Source of the DNA: Eledone cirrhosa
Lineage: Eukaryota
Length of the DNA: 64,000 nucleotides
Assembly (NCBI GenBank): GCA_964016885.1
Contig: OZ024742.1
Coordinates: 161,696,001-161,760,000 of the forward strand
Reading direction: 5' to 3'
Both the position numbers and the translations under genes were made by a program. Below the pieces are notes generated by a model. It was not told where the DNA came from. It did not search any database and saw only the letters and a list, made by a program, of their open reading frames with translations. Of this stretch, positions 13,901 through 25,217 are shown in pieces. Each line of letters starts with the position of its first letter. Positions within the stretch are counted from its first letter, which is position 1.

Positions 13901-14528
13901 AAGATTCCACAGGCAGCTCAAAGCCTCCTTAAGGGCTTCCATGGACTCTTCACGTTGGAGCGAGTACCTACCCATTGTATTGTTGGGTATTCGGTCGACG
14001 GTAAAGGTGGACCTTGAGTTCTCCTCTGCCGAATTAGTTTATGGTACGCCTCTGGCGTTACCGGGGCAAATGCTGGCCCCTTTTGACCTGACTTCGCAGG
14101 ACCCCGCTTCCTACGTGTCCCGGCTTCACTCTTATTTCAAGGATCTACCACCGATGGGCACTAGGAAGCAGACTGTAAAAACTGCCGTCCCAAGGGATAT
14201 TGCCTTGTGGACCCATGTGTTCGTTAGAGACGACGCCGTGAGACCCCCTCTTCAACGGCCGTACTCTGGACCCTATCGTGTGCTTGCTCGCACAGACAAA
14301 CATTTCACACTGGACATTCGGGGTTCCAGGGAAACGGTTTCCGTTGATCGTCTCAAACGAGCAAACCTGGACAATGACACAATGACACTTGAAACTCAAA
14401 TGCCCCCCTCTTTTTCTTCGCCACACAGGCCTATTTCTTCCCCTCCCCCACCATCAACACACAGAACTACGACCCGTTCTGGGCGAAGGGTGCATTGGCC
14501 CCGTAAGCTATGCAGTAATATAAACTGA
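10947..14528 (+). CDS. Gypsy gag-pol polyprotein (gag fragment, protease remnant, RT, RNase H, integrase), 1193 aa
   Basis: Gag [21 protein letters not shown]; protease C-half ILGADFL; [28 protein letters not shown]; RNase [26 protein letters not shown]; integrase [30 protein letters not shown]; C-terminal GPY motif. Confidence 0.95.
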   Translation: MSQHHLPSFAGDIKLWFAQLECFFELTRTKEQHRLKVLINGLPVSLAFSVRDVVTDLDADVTYGSLKKEILRRNTKSVESRFRELLDDAQMGDRKPSSYLRHLRELSDSQGIDTPFIKKLFFSRLPPSAQRILVNSLEKDSLEQLAASADRILEVDSNSNQHNAYVASACVPPRSSSVADGASLSIWPVSYLKKSPAEADINLRAVNHTAIRTYGQISLPLRLKNLRRDLRWKFTVADLPYAILGADFLHHFSLLVDIRRQRLVDSEAGLSFEGSEPDVATVSSSFFLAEVGNQYQSLLHSFPQLTQGKLRITSPDHAIEHFISTTGPPVFSRPRRLSTEKLKAARLEFDHMLELGIIRRSTSPWASPLHMVPRSSGDWRPTGDYRRLNAITVPDRYPIPHLQDFALSLQGCRIFSKLDLIRAYNQIPVNEEDIPKTAIATPFGSFEFLTMPFGLRNAASTFQRFMDDITRGLDFVYTYIDDVLIASSSPQQHSKHLDLVFRRLQRYNVRINASKCVFGSTSLTFLGHLIDADGIRPLPEKVKAVSDLPPPSSLRQLRQFPGLVNFYRRFVPGCSKLLFSLTEIFKGCRRKNMDISLNETQLDDFKKVKKALANASLLVHPVPNAELSLCVDASDSAVGAVLQQKGDGVQQPLEFFSRKLKPAETRYSTFGRELLAIYLSVKHFAHVLEGRTFTIFTDHKPLTFALRTKADKYSPRETRHLDFISQFTNDIQHIPGSLNTAADALSRLPIASISSSEEIDLHRMAAAQPTLESLDVTSPEFVHCKLKYISISTADGQILCDVSLDSPRPLVPVEHRRTAFLALHGISHPGVSASVKLITARFFWPGMRRDIAAWCRSCVACQQAKVHRHVKAPLGTFTCPDARFRHIHVDIVGPWPVSRGFSYLLTIVDRFSRWPEAVPITDITAETTARTLVSSWIARFGVPTTITTDRGRQFESNLFRELTQILGATRIRTTAYHPASNGMVERFHRQLKASLRASMDSSRWSEYLPIVLLGIRSTVKVDLEFSSAELVYGTPLALPGQMLAPFDLTSQDPASYVSRLHSYFKDLPPMGTRKQTVKTAVPRDIALWTHVFVRDDAVRPPLQRPYSGPYRVLARTDKHFTLDIRGSRETVSVDRLKRANLDNDTMTLETQMPPSFSSPHRPISSPPPPSTHRTTTRSGRRVHWPRKLCSNIN

Positions 14529-14941
14529 ATTATATATATATATTTTTTTTGTTTTGTTTTGTTATTTTTTTCCTTCCAATTGTTTTTGTTGTACATTGTA
14601 TTTTGTTACTTATGGATTCTTGACTGCCTACGGCAGTGTCAATATATTATATTTTGCGTAACATTACGACTGTTGTCAATTCTGACACAGTCCCTTTTTT
14701 TTTTGGTGCATTTTTATAACTATGCTACATATGGCATTTTCATTGCCTAGCAAAACATTTTTTTTCTTGTTTATCGCATCTGGGGCCCCTTTATTGCGAA
14801 GAGTGTTATCTTTTCATGCATTTTGCATCGTTTACTGTACGTTTTTTTTTTTTTTTTTGTTGATACATTCTTCTACATTTTGTAAACTACCTTCGCTTCA
14901 TTGTTAACGATTTTGCGACAAAAAATCTGCTCCGAGGTGAA

Positions 14942-15205
14942 TGTAGTGGCTGAGATGGTCGCTTGGTAGCTAGCAGTTGCCTCCCCTTAACAACCCTTCA
15001 GGGAAGGGAGGCAAAAATACACCCGGACACAGCCACAGGTTCACACACTCTTTTTGGACCACGGACATGAACAGACGTGGAAAGACCAGCTCCTCAAAAT
15101 ATTGACGTTGTAGGAAATTTACTAAATTATTGCATTAAATAAAATGATTGTTAGACTTGATTGTGCATTTATTTATTCGACAAAGAGAAACATCACTTTT
15201 CTTTA
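14942..15205 (+). repeat. 3' LTR of the Gypsy element
   Basis: Direct repeat of 10143-10406, followed by TSD AGTC. Confidence 0.95.
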
Positions 15206-16487
15206 AGTCCTTCAACGGGGGTAGTAGCAGAAGCTACGGTCGTTGGTTTTTGCTGTTGTTCAGGAACAATGGTAGAGGAAGACACGATCCTCGGTTTTTG
15301 TTGTTGTTCAGGAACAATGGTAGAAGACACGATCTTCGGTCTTTGTTGTTGTTGTTGTTGTTCCGCAGCAATGGGAGAAGCAGGCATACAGTCCAAGCAC
15401 TGAAAGGATCAGTTTGTTAGCTGGACCATCTCCCAGAGTCTATCCATCGTAACAATATAATGTTTCTTATTTTGGCCTGGGATCCTCCGGAAGCCTGTGG
15501 CGCATTGAAGGCAGACAGAGATGCGACAGGTTCCACATTCGACCCAGCGATTACGGAACGAGTTTTCGGGTTCCGTACAGATATGGCAGATGTGGTTTTC
15601 TGGGCAATGTTCTATTTTGGAACATTGACCAGTTTTGTCGCATACTTCATCGATAGATATCACCATGGCAATTTTGTTATTTCTACCCATCCGTAGAAAA
15701 ACACAGAATGTAAACAATATAGGTTTAGCGCACTTGATTACGAGAGAAATAAAATGTCTGTTTTTTTGTGTATTTTGTTTCCGTTTTCCTAAATGTTGTG
15801 TGTGTACAGAAGAGTCTGTGCATGTAAACAAATAAATATGCTGCGTAAGTTAAATGAAACGTACTGTAGAAGGCAGTTGTTTATTAACAGCGAAATAACG
15901 TTTTTTTCTTTTCCCTGATACTGCTTCTTTATAATAAACTTTCAATAATATTTTTTTTTCAAATTATTAACTTTCAGCTGCTAGTATATATATATAATTA
16001 AAAGGTGTATGTGGGTTAGAAGCGAAGTCAATGTTAAGAAATATTTTACCAATGTAAATTGGTAAAATTGGCCGGTATAGTGTCTCACACGAAATAGTGT
16101 GGTTTCTTTTCACGTGTGTGTATATGCATGTGGTATGTATCTGTATATAAATCTGTGTGTATATTGTTGTTTATATGTTTTGTGGGGTACTTACTGCGAT
16201 CCTTAAGGGATGTAGTGATTTGTTTTGTTTTTTTTTCCTTTTTTCCCCGTCCACACGTGGTTTGTTGGCGAAAATCAAGTCAAATTATATATACTTCGTT
16301 AAGATAATTCTATCTTGAAACTGGTACTAGTTGTCAGGAAACAGTCAAAGTAATTGTAATAATGAATATTGTAATCCATCTGACATGTGTTTAAAGGGCA
16401 GTTTTTGGTGAAAATATTATATTTTGTTTGGTCAAGACGTGGTCAAGCGGCCTTCCTTGTCGCCATTTTGGCCGGATCCTTGTAATA

Positions 16488-17110
16488 TCATCATCATTTA
16501 ATATCTGTTTACTCTACTAGCAAGGGCTGGGTGGATCGTCACAGACTGTCAGCATTTAATCAGAGCTATTGATCTCTCAGGCTAGCTAGGAGCCTGCATC
16601 TAACTTACATTTCTGCAATATACAGAGTGCACTGGGTGCATTTTGTCATGGCAGCAGCAGCATTAGGGAGGTTATCATGTTTTTGACACAGCTAGAGTCC
16701 TGCCAACTCTTTATTTGGCAGGTTTTCTACAGCTGGATACCCTTCCCATCACCAACCATTTTACAGAGTGTGTTTATCATGTAGCTCACCAATGCTAGAG
16801 AGGCTGTTGTGACTGTGACACAATTGAAGAGATCTTCCAATGCTTTGTTAGGTAGGTTTTCTAAAGTTGGATGCTCTTTCTATAGCTAATCACTTTATAG
16901 AGTGTACTGAGTGGGTTTATTGTGTAGATCACCAACACTAGAGAGGTAGTCATGTCCTTGACACAGCAGAAGAGCCCTCATGACTCTTTGATAGACTATG
17001 TTTGAATACCCTTCCTATCATCATCTTCTTTACAGATTGTATTGGGTGAGTTTATCATGTAGATCACCAACACTAGAGCGGGCGTTGAGCTCTTCACACA
17101 ACTGAAGAGT
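16488..17110 (-). repeat. Degenerate tandem array (~120-bp units) derived from an RTE-type 3' UTR motif
   Basis: About four diverged copies of ggttttctacagctggata/gcccttcc...ttacagagtgt...tttatcatgtagatcaccaacactagag. The same motif occurs in the RTE 3' UTR at 30130-30180. Confidence 0.55.
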
Positions 17111-17547
17111 TCTCTTGAGTATTAATTCAGTAATCGATACACAATACTTTTATAATAAGCCTGCTTTGGTGGGTTGAGAAAATACTCAAAATTTAAATAT
17201 TGATATTTGAACAACTTTCTCTTTCAATTTTCAATGAACATCATCAGTTTTATGTCCATTTTTCCATGCTGTCATGGGTCAGAATTTTATGGCCAGATTC
17301 TCTGCTCAACATCAACTTTCATTTCCACATCTGAGCAGTTGGATCTCTTTTTATATAGACTGTCACTGACTGTGATGTAAAAAATGAAGAGAATTTGGAT
17401 GCATGAATATACATAAATATGTACACACATGACAGGGTTCCTAACAGTTTCCATTTACCAAATTTCACACACAAGGTATTGGTTGACCCACAGCTATAAA
17501 CACTTATTCAAAATGTCACACACCTGAGACCATAACATATCATTATG

Positions 17548-17730
17548 GTGGTGGATTGGCAGAGGGTCAGACGCCATGCTTTGAGGCATGGAGTTACGGC
17601 TCTTTACGACCTGGGCTCAAATCCTACCGAGGTTAACTTTGCCTTTCATCCTTACAGGGTCGATAAAATAGAAGCACCAATAATGCACTGGGGTAATTGC
17701 TGGCCTTGTGCCAAAAGTAGAAACAATTTT
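17548..17730 (+). mobile_element. tRNA-derived SINE copy
   Basis: Same family core and tail as 2598..2790. Confidence 0.9.
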
Positions 17731-20700
17731 TTGGAAAGAAAGCTATGAACTATGAGCTTTTACAAAAATTTGAGCATAAAACAAGTTGATTATACTCATT
17801 GTACATCAGAAGTGTGGGGTCTTGTGGTTAGGGTACTGAACTTACATTCGTAATGTCATGGGTGTGTTTTTTAGTAAAACCCTTCATTTCATGTTCCAGT
17901 ACACTCAGCTGAAAATTAACTTTGCAATAGACTGGCATCCTGTCCATAGGGAAAGTCTTTTATTCTCAGTCGCTTAAGACTGAGGAAACTGGGATAGGCA
18001 CCGGCTTGATGAGCCTGAGACAGACTTTAACATCGGAGATACTAGTATTCTTAAACAATCCTTAACCCTTTCATTACTGTATTTCCAATGAAATACATAT
18101 TATTTCAATTAATTTATGAAGAAATTTGAGGGATTTACTTAATTATGACATTTCATTATTAATATGATTCTCATATAAAATTATGTTAGAAGATTTTTAT
18201 TTAAAATAGATGGTTTTTACATTATAGTTTTCGCTAGATTTGTATCAAAAGAGTTAAACTGATTTACAAGTTAGTCTTTTGCTTTCATTTAAAAATCTTA
18301 TTAAGATTTTCTTGGAATCTATATTAAAGAAAGTTTTCTGAATCCTTAAACTAATAAAAAAGATGTTTTCTAGCAAACCATTAAATTTTAAAATGTCAGA
18401 AATTATCTTTTTTTTATAATAATACTAAAAATCAATTAATATTTTTTGTACATTTTTTACAATATTTTAGCAACTTGAAAATATCTAGTAATGCAGAATA
18501 AAAAATAATTTATCTTCTAGCATAAACATCTGAAATAATATTTATATTTGTCTAATACTAAAAATTAAATATTTTTGTAAATGTTTTAAGCTACTTGAAA
18601 ACATAATTTTAAGTATTATAATCACCATGAAAATCATTATTTAAAAAGAAAGACTAGAATACCATAACTATTAACATATAAGGCTTAATTTAATGAAAAG
18701 TAACAATAAATATATATGCAACATTTACAATGTACATGGAACAAATTTTCTTATTGCCCCAGAAAAATATCAAACATTTATAAACAGCAACAAAAATATA
18801 TGTATATATAAATATATATATATTTATCCTTAATGATACAAAAGGAAGATTACATAGTCTATAAATTAATTTGTTTATAATCGTTTAGGCTTGTGATTGA
18901 ATTTGGTGTGGTGGGTTGAGGGGAGTCTTTTTGTTGTTATTTCTTTCTTAGAGATACACTAACATTTAACATGTATATATTATTTCATTACAAATGTCTA
19001 GACAAGCATTGGCAATATACTGTAACATTAAAAGAAAAGACAAAAACGAATAAATAACCCATTTTTAAGTAATCAATATCTAATTTGATTGTATAGTGAC
19101 CCAAACGGTTTCATGGTAAATGACTTCCACACTAGCATTTTAACTCCACCTGGGTTGAATTCAAATTATCAGATAAGAAACTTAATGGATTTGATACTGA
19201 AGCTCAAGACAAGTGTTTTTTTTAATATATATATATATGTGTAGGTATATATTTCATTCAAGTTGATCCAGTGACCCGTTGCTCTGCAGGATGTCACTGG
19301 TGCCTTAGACATTTCAAGTTTGTATATATATATTGAGTAAGAGCTATGAAATCATCAAGCATAAATATTCTGGAACTATTTGTTAGAGAAGTCAACCAAA
19401 TACATGATCAAGTGTTTAGTGTGGGAGCTATTCTTATTTAACTTTCAGCTACAATAAAGGGAAGGAGTGATCTTTTGATTTCTGTTAATTTCAAACATGA
19501 AATATTAAAAAGATCTATAATCAATGCTATCCATATCAATAAGATCTGCTGAAACAAGTCATCTGATTCAGAAAGTTCTTTCTATGGAATCATGAAGAAA
19601 TACACAGACAGAAAGGAATTGGTGAAGTCATAGTCTCAAACAAAAGTCAAACAAGTTTTGAAATTTTGTTTTTTGTTCTGCAATTTTAATGCTTGCTTAT
19701 ATCAGCTCAGATCTTTCTAGGAAAAACTGAGTTAATTTAATTTTTAACATCCTATAATAATTTAGCAAAAAAGAGGAAAAAAAAATGATTTATTAATTCA
19801 AATGTTTGTAGTATCTTTAGACTATTGTGAAAAAATGCAGTATTAGAGTAAAGGCTTTAATTTCTAATGTGATGTATACTTTTCCCAAGAATGTCTTTGC
19901 TAATGAAGTTTCATGAAGTACAGGACATTAACAGTTAAAGACATCAACATTAGATAAGATTACTGTGGGTATCCAATTTAGAATAGGTACAATGTAAACC
20001 TTGCTTCAAAAAGGACTACATGTCATAGGGCCAGTAAGGTTAACCTTTGATTTGATGGGGGAAATAGCCTTAAAACATTTGTTGTAACATTGGGTAAAGA
20101 CGATTCAGATTTAAAGATTGTTTGAATGCCATCTGATTTAATTTTGATTTGTTGATTATTATAGCTTTTAATTTGTCTGTTGCTCCAGTTTATCATTTTT
20201 TTAGTCATCTATTATTTTTTTCTAAATTATTTTCCCATAGAATTATCAAAGCTTGTTTATAAATACTTGAAGTAGACAAAGAAGATATGTCTGTATCTAG
20301 TTTAAAATAGGCACCCCTTATCCTTACTTTTGAAGTAGCTTAACAAGATATATCTATGTGAACCTGGTTTAAAATAGATATGCCATATCCCTGCATGTCA
20401 TGGGGTAACTAAAAGTATTGGCACCAAGAAGGACATCCAGCTGTAAAGCATTACCTCAAAAAGGGGAAACATGATAAGTATGAAGCCTGCCATGAGGCTT
20501 GCAAGGCAAACTCCTGTTTTAGCAAGGAAAAATTGTCTTAATACGTCTGTTATTGTTGTAGAAATTATACATCATATCTCTGCATGTTGTAAGAAGTGAG
20601 TGGCGCCAAGAAAAGCATGTTAATGTTGTAGAAATTAATAATCAAAGCTTGTTTTTGTTTATAAATACTATTAAAGTAGACAAACAACATATTTATCAGT

Positions 20701-22794
20701 TGTTGTTCTTTGTCTGTGGGAGAGAATAAAGATAACATTATCTATTGATTAAAGAGTGGTCCTTCAGAAAACTTATCTTTCTAATAGCAGTATATCAGAG
20801 AATGTGTCTACATATATGATAGAGAGGAAAGCAACTAAGGAAACATAAAATTAAGAAAGCAAATAATAATAACAAAAAGTAGATAGCATAATTTCCAGAT
20901 AAACAAGTCTTCCAAAAATGTAAACAAGTAAGAAAATGGGCCTATGTGAATATCACTAAACCATCCTCTTCCATGTTTTAATAGGGTTTTTTAAAAATTA
21001 TCTAATCATTGAACATCTGTAACTCATTAAAAAGGCACAGAAGAAAAAATCCTATAGATAAATTATAACTAATATAAAATAAAATAAACAAATAAATAGT
21101 AATGTTCATCTTTAAATAATTTACATTCTGGATTAACCATCCAGTAAATTCTATAAAGTTAAGTGATTAGAATAATGAAAAGAAAACCCAATTCTTTGCT
21201 AAATTTATTGAGCAAAAAATTTTAATCGGTTAAAAAAAAAACAAAAAAAAAAACAGCATAAACAAACATTGCTGTTTGTTTTGTGTTTTTGTTCCTCGTT
21301 TGCATTGTTGTTTTGTTTACTGGAAATACACTGTAAAGTAACATACATGAACAGATAGACAAACAAACAAAATTAAGATTAAAAGAAAAAGAAGAAAATT
21401 GAAATTTTTTTTAAAGTGTATACAAAAAGAACAAGCCTGTTTGATTCTAATTTATACAGAAATTTTAATTAAATCAGCAGTCAATAATGGCAGTTTGATA
21501 CAAAATCGGGATAACTTCTTATGTTAAATGAATTTGAGATTTCTTACTCCTCAATTATTTATTATGAATGTGTGAATGAATGATAAATAAATATATGTAT
21601 GATGAGGAGCCTATTGAGAAAATGTTGAAGTAAAAAAAAAAAAAATAGAGGAGCATTACAAATTCATTGGGTGGTGGTGATGTTGCATTTTTTCTTCAAA
21701 TTAATTCCTTATATTTTCTTTTCTTGCAAGAGAAGGCAATTCATGGGAAAATTAATTTCATATTATTTTATAATATATTTTTTATTATTTAAGTCCATAT
21801 CTTTCTAAGGTAACATAGAAGTATAAAAAGGCTCTGGGTATTTAAGTAGAATTTGTGTACATATTATATATATATAATACTTTGGTGTCAAGTCACGTGT
21901 CACCATTAGAGTAGTGTGGTGGATAGCTAATTGGAACTCTCTGTTCCAGGGAAACTAATCCCTGCTGAAGACACACCACGAGCCACTTATTCAATGTTTA
22001 CTAACATTACCTAATTTCTGTAAACAGTAGTTCCATTTGGACTGCCGCTAGCTGATGGAGTTGCAGAAACTAATGCATTAGTCGGGAGCAGAAAAATCAA
22101 ATCTCCTACCCGCACAAATCGTTTTTCTCACTAATTATAAGTGTGCACTCAAAATTTCTTGGATTGGTGTCATGACACAGACTTAAATTATTGAGCGTGT
22201 GAGAAAATAACCAAAGCTGTGTTGGTCATATTCGATAGCTTCATTTCATTATTATATAATACATATATATATATTATTGTTAATATATTACTTTTTAGAC
22301 TTAGATATGGGTTACTTTTTGCAACCAGACAAACATTAGATGGCAGCAGTATCATCTACATATGTGTTCAGTATTACATCATATTAAACCTTACAGTTAA
22401 TGCGTCCACTACTGCCGAAAAGAAAAGAAGTTATATTCTGCTATTTTTTCTTATTAAAATCACTATAAGCTAAAACTCAAGAGAATCAAGAGAAATGGTT
22501 TTTTTTCTAAGTTTGAAAAGGAAAAAATAGTAATTACAATAGGAATGTGTTTGTTTTTCAAAATTTTCTTTACTGATTTTCCAGCAGTTGAAGAGTAATT
22601 GCAGATTTTCTGGGCTTTTCTGGTCTCTCTGTTTATATATATATATAAACAGATATACATATAAACAGATATATAAATATATATATATATACACACACAC
22701 ACACATACATATGTGTGTGTATATATACTTATAGGAAAAAAAGAACATAAGGAAATAATTCCAATATATACACACTAAAAACTAGTTAAATATA

Positions 22795-22953
22795 TATATA
22801 TGAAAAAAGGGAGAAGAATGATTTCACTGGTGGTTGGTATTCTTTACAGTAAGTCGTTATTGCTATTAGTTCAGAACGACTTACTGTAAAGTTTTGAAAT
22901 ATTAAAGAACATCAACCACCAGTGAAGTCATTCTTCTCTTTTTTCAAATATAT
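22795..22953. other. Long imperfect hairpin (inverted repeat) ~1 kb downstream of the LDLRAP1-like stop codon
   Basis: Outer arms gaaaaaagggagaagaatgatttcactggtggttg / caaccaccagtgaagtcattcttctcttttttc; inner arms ctttacagtaagtcgtt / aacgacttactgtaaag. Confidence 0.85.
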
Positions 22954-23816
22954 CTTAATGTACCAAGGAATTTCTTTCATTTTCCACTAAATATATATAT
23001 AACGTTTTGCAATACATTTTAGTAAAAGAAAACCAGAAATAAAAATATTCTCTAAAGATTTTAGAGGATGATGGAAAAAATGTGTAAAATTAATGAAAAA
23101 TAAAATTACTTGAAATTAACAGTTTTTTTTTATATATTTTAGAATTCATAATAATTAATCACTATAAGATTTCCTATCTATAAATTTGTTAATTTGGTTT
23201 ACGAAATAAAAAAAAAATACCAAAATAAATGAAAAAAATTTTCTTTAGTTAGTTATGATGTTTTGGAAACTAAATTATTTTGTGAAAGAGATTATAGGAT
23301 AGATGATGAATAGACATTATTGAATATGATTATAAAGAAAAAAAAAATTACAACATTTTGCATATTTCTGATTTTCTAAAATATTTATAAAAAAAAAAAA
23401 AAAAGACCAGAATTCATTGCCAGAATATTAAATTACTCTTAAGATTTGTTTGAGCAAATTGAGCAATCAATAAATAGCAGGGTGTGCAGAATGGTGGTGG
23501 GGAAACAAAAAACAAAAAAAAAAACTTTCTATTTGAAACCATTTTTGTTTTCACTGTAATTTGGTGATTTCAATAGAAATTTTCAAGGAGGAGGAAGAGT
23601 GGAATTAGCAGATGTACATAGTACAAATGTTGCCACATTTTTTTTGAAGTCTTTTTTTTTTTCCCTTTTGTAATTGTCTGTCTTTAAGATCTTCCTTTTG
23701 GTAGATAGAGATGAATGTACAAAAATGAGCCATATTTAAAATTTTTCTTAGTCCAACATATATATAAGTCCAGTTAATATTAAAGAAGTCTTTGTTTGTG
23801 TGCGAGTGCGATGTCC

Positions 23817-23847
<31 letters not shown>

Positions 23848-23932
23848 CACACACATATATACATACATATACTCTACACACATACATATTCGCAATTATA
23901 ATTTGTTTTCAGTCTTAAAATTAGATTTAACT

Positions 23933-24092
23933 TCATAATAACAATAAATCCTCAACAGTTTGGGAGCAAACGTAAGCTTTCAAACAACGGTTGTTATTTT
24001 TTAGATAATGTCCAACATCATTTTCAATATCAGCTTTTATAAAATCTGTAGTAAATGGAGTTGGTTTTAACCTACTTCGGTATTCTGCAAGC
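23933..24092 (-). CDS. LDLRAP1: LDLRAP1-like exon 7 (terminal coding exon)
   Basis: Acceptor TTACAG, phase 2; encodes (R)LAEYRSRLKPTPF...TVEDLLLL, then TGA. Confidence 0.88.
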
Positions 24093-25179
24093 CTGTAATA
24101 AACAAAACAAAAAAATATATCAGTAATAGAAGACCCGCCTTACCTAAATACAAAGTGAAACCTACTACAGTCAGTAGGCATCTGTAACAAAATACACCCC
24201 CGTCCCACCACCCCCACCGCCCCTTTCAATGTAAAGTTATGTTGGTGCCACAACATCCAGGCCGAAACAAATGAGATCGTGTAGGTGTCACGACAAAAAA
24301 AACACAGTCCACGCTGTAATGTGGCCGTGTAGGCAACACGGTAAAAACCTCCCAGTCCCACACTATAAATGTGGTTGGTGTTAGGAAGGGCATCCAGCTA
24401 TAGAAAACCCGCCAGACAGTCCTATGCGAGCAAGACAACTACTCTTGCCTCAAGTGGGAAAACTCCCGTCCAAACCCATGCAAGCGTGGAACATGGACGT
24501 TAAACGATGATGATGAATGTAACTAAAATGCAAACTACAATGAAGTTTATATACTAATTTAGACTGGTTTGTGAAGATTCACAGGTGATATATTGGATAT
24601 CTGGTACTATAGCCTTAGGTTGACCAATGCCTTATAAGTGAAATTTGATAGGCAGAAACTGTATGGATGCCCATCACACATCTACATATATATGTGTGTA
24701 TTACATCTACAGCACTTAAAAAATAAAGATCAATGAAATGAAGTACCAGATTTAATACTAAATATTAGGGTCAAGCAAACCATTGAAGGTGGTGCCTCAG
24801 TATGGTCAGTCCAATGACTAAAACCAGTAAGATTGAAATAAAAAAAAAAGAAGAGTATAAACCACACTAGTATTTAATTAGTATTTTTTATCGATGAAAA
24901 GTAAAATTTGACCTTGGTAGGTATTTGAAGCTCAAAGCGCCAAGGGACATAACTACGTCAAATACAACTAAGTAATACAATAACTAATAGTTTACTTTTA
25001 TATTCCAAGTTTATCAAGGTGCAAGTGTTGCAAAACAGAATGTGGTTGTGACTAAAAGGGTTGGCATCAGGATGGGTATCTGACTGTAAAATATTGTCTA
25101 AAATCATCCCGTGCAGCCCATGCCAGCATGCAAATGCTAACAACACACAAATATTAGATATATATGATCAAAAACCAGA

Positions 25180-25217
<38 letters not shown>

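Larger units (their letters stand above)
10143..15205 (+). mobile_element. Ty3/Gypsy LTR retrotransposon (CsRN1/Boudicca/Kabuki-like), recent insertion
   Basis: LTRs at 10143-10406 and 14942-15205 (264 bp, no differences seen). 4-bp TSD AGTC at 10139-10142 and 15206-15209. PBS TGGCGACCCTGACG follows the 5' LTR. Gypsy domain order PR-RT-RH-IN. Confidence 0.95.
9388..15690 (-). pseudogene. LINE ORF1 (PHD-like finger, Q-rich repeats, coiled coil, RRM-like C-terminus), split by the Gypsy element
   Basis: ATG at 15690 (MGRNNK...CHIC...WVECGTC..VCLQC), TGA at 15409-15411, then same frame SFQCLDC. Removing the Gypsy and one TSD restores PVEGL-HQQQQPMSSSP in frame with ORF 9451..10119 (KVIAIGVPE...RLGRPGPKPRLIRLSF). 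TAG at 9451 is likely premature; the probable true end is ...KTLGN* near 9388. Confidence 0.85.
6556..16479 (-). mobile_element. Near-full-length CR1-clade LINE (5' UTR, ORF1, APE-RT ORF2, 3' tail), interrupted by a Gypsy insertion at 10143-15205
   Basis: 3' tail (AAT)n at 6556-6569; ORF2 pieces 6665-9385; ORF1 9388-10142 plus 15210-15690. The putative 5' end near 16479 starts GGATCCGGCCAAAATGGCG (YY1-like motif); this boundary is approximate. Confidence 0.85.

Noticed and set aside
11516-14596. Antisense ORFs within the Gypsy, and antisense/alternative-frame ORFs over the LINE copies
   Set aside because: Shadow frames of transposon coding sequence with no recognisable motifs.
6553-16487. 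Possible 9-bp TSD CTTATAATA / CTTGTAATA around the long CR1
   Set aside because: AT-rich, one mismatch and overlapping the tail; could be chance, so it was not used as evidence.
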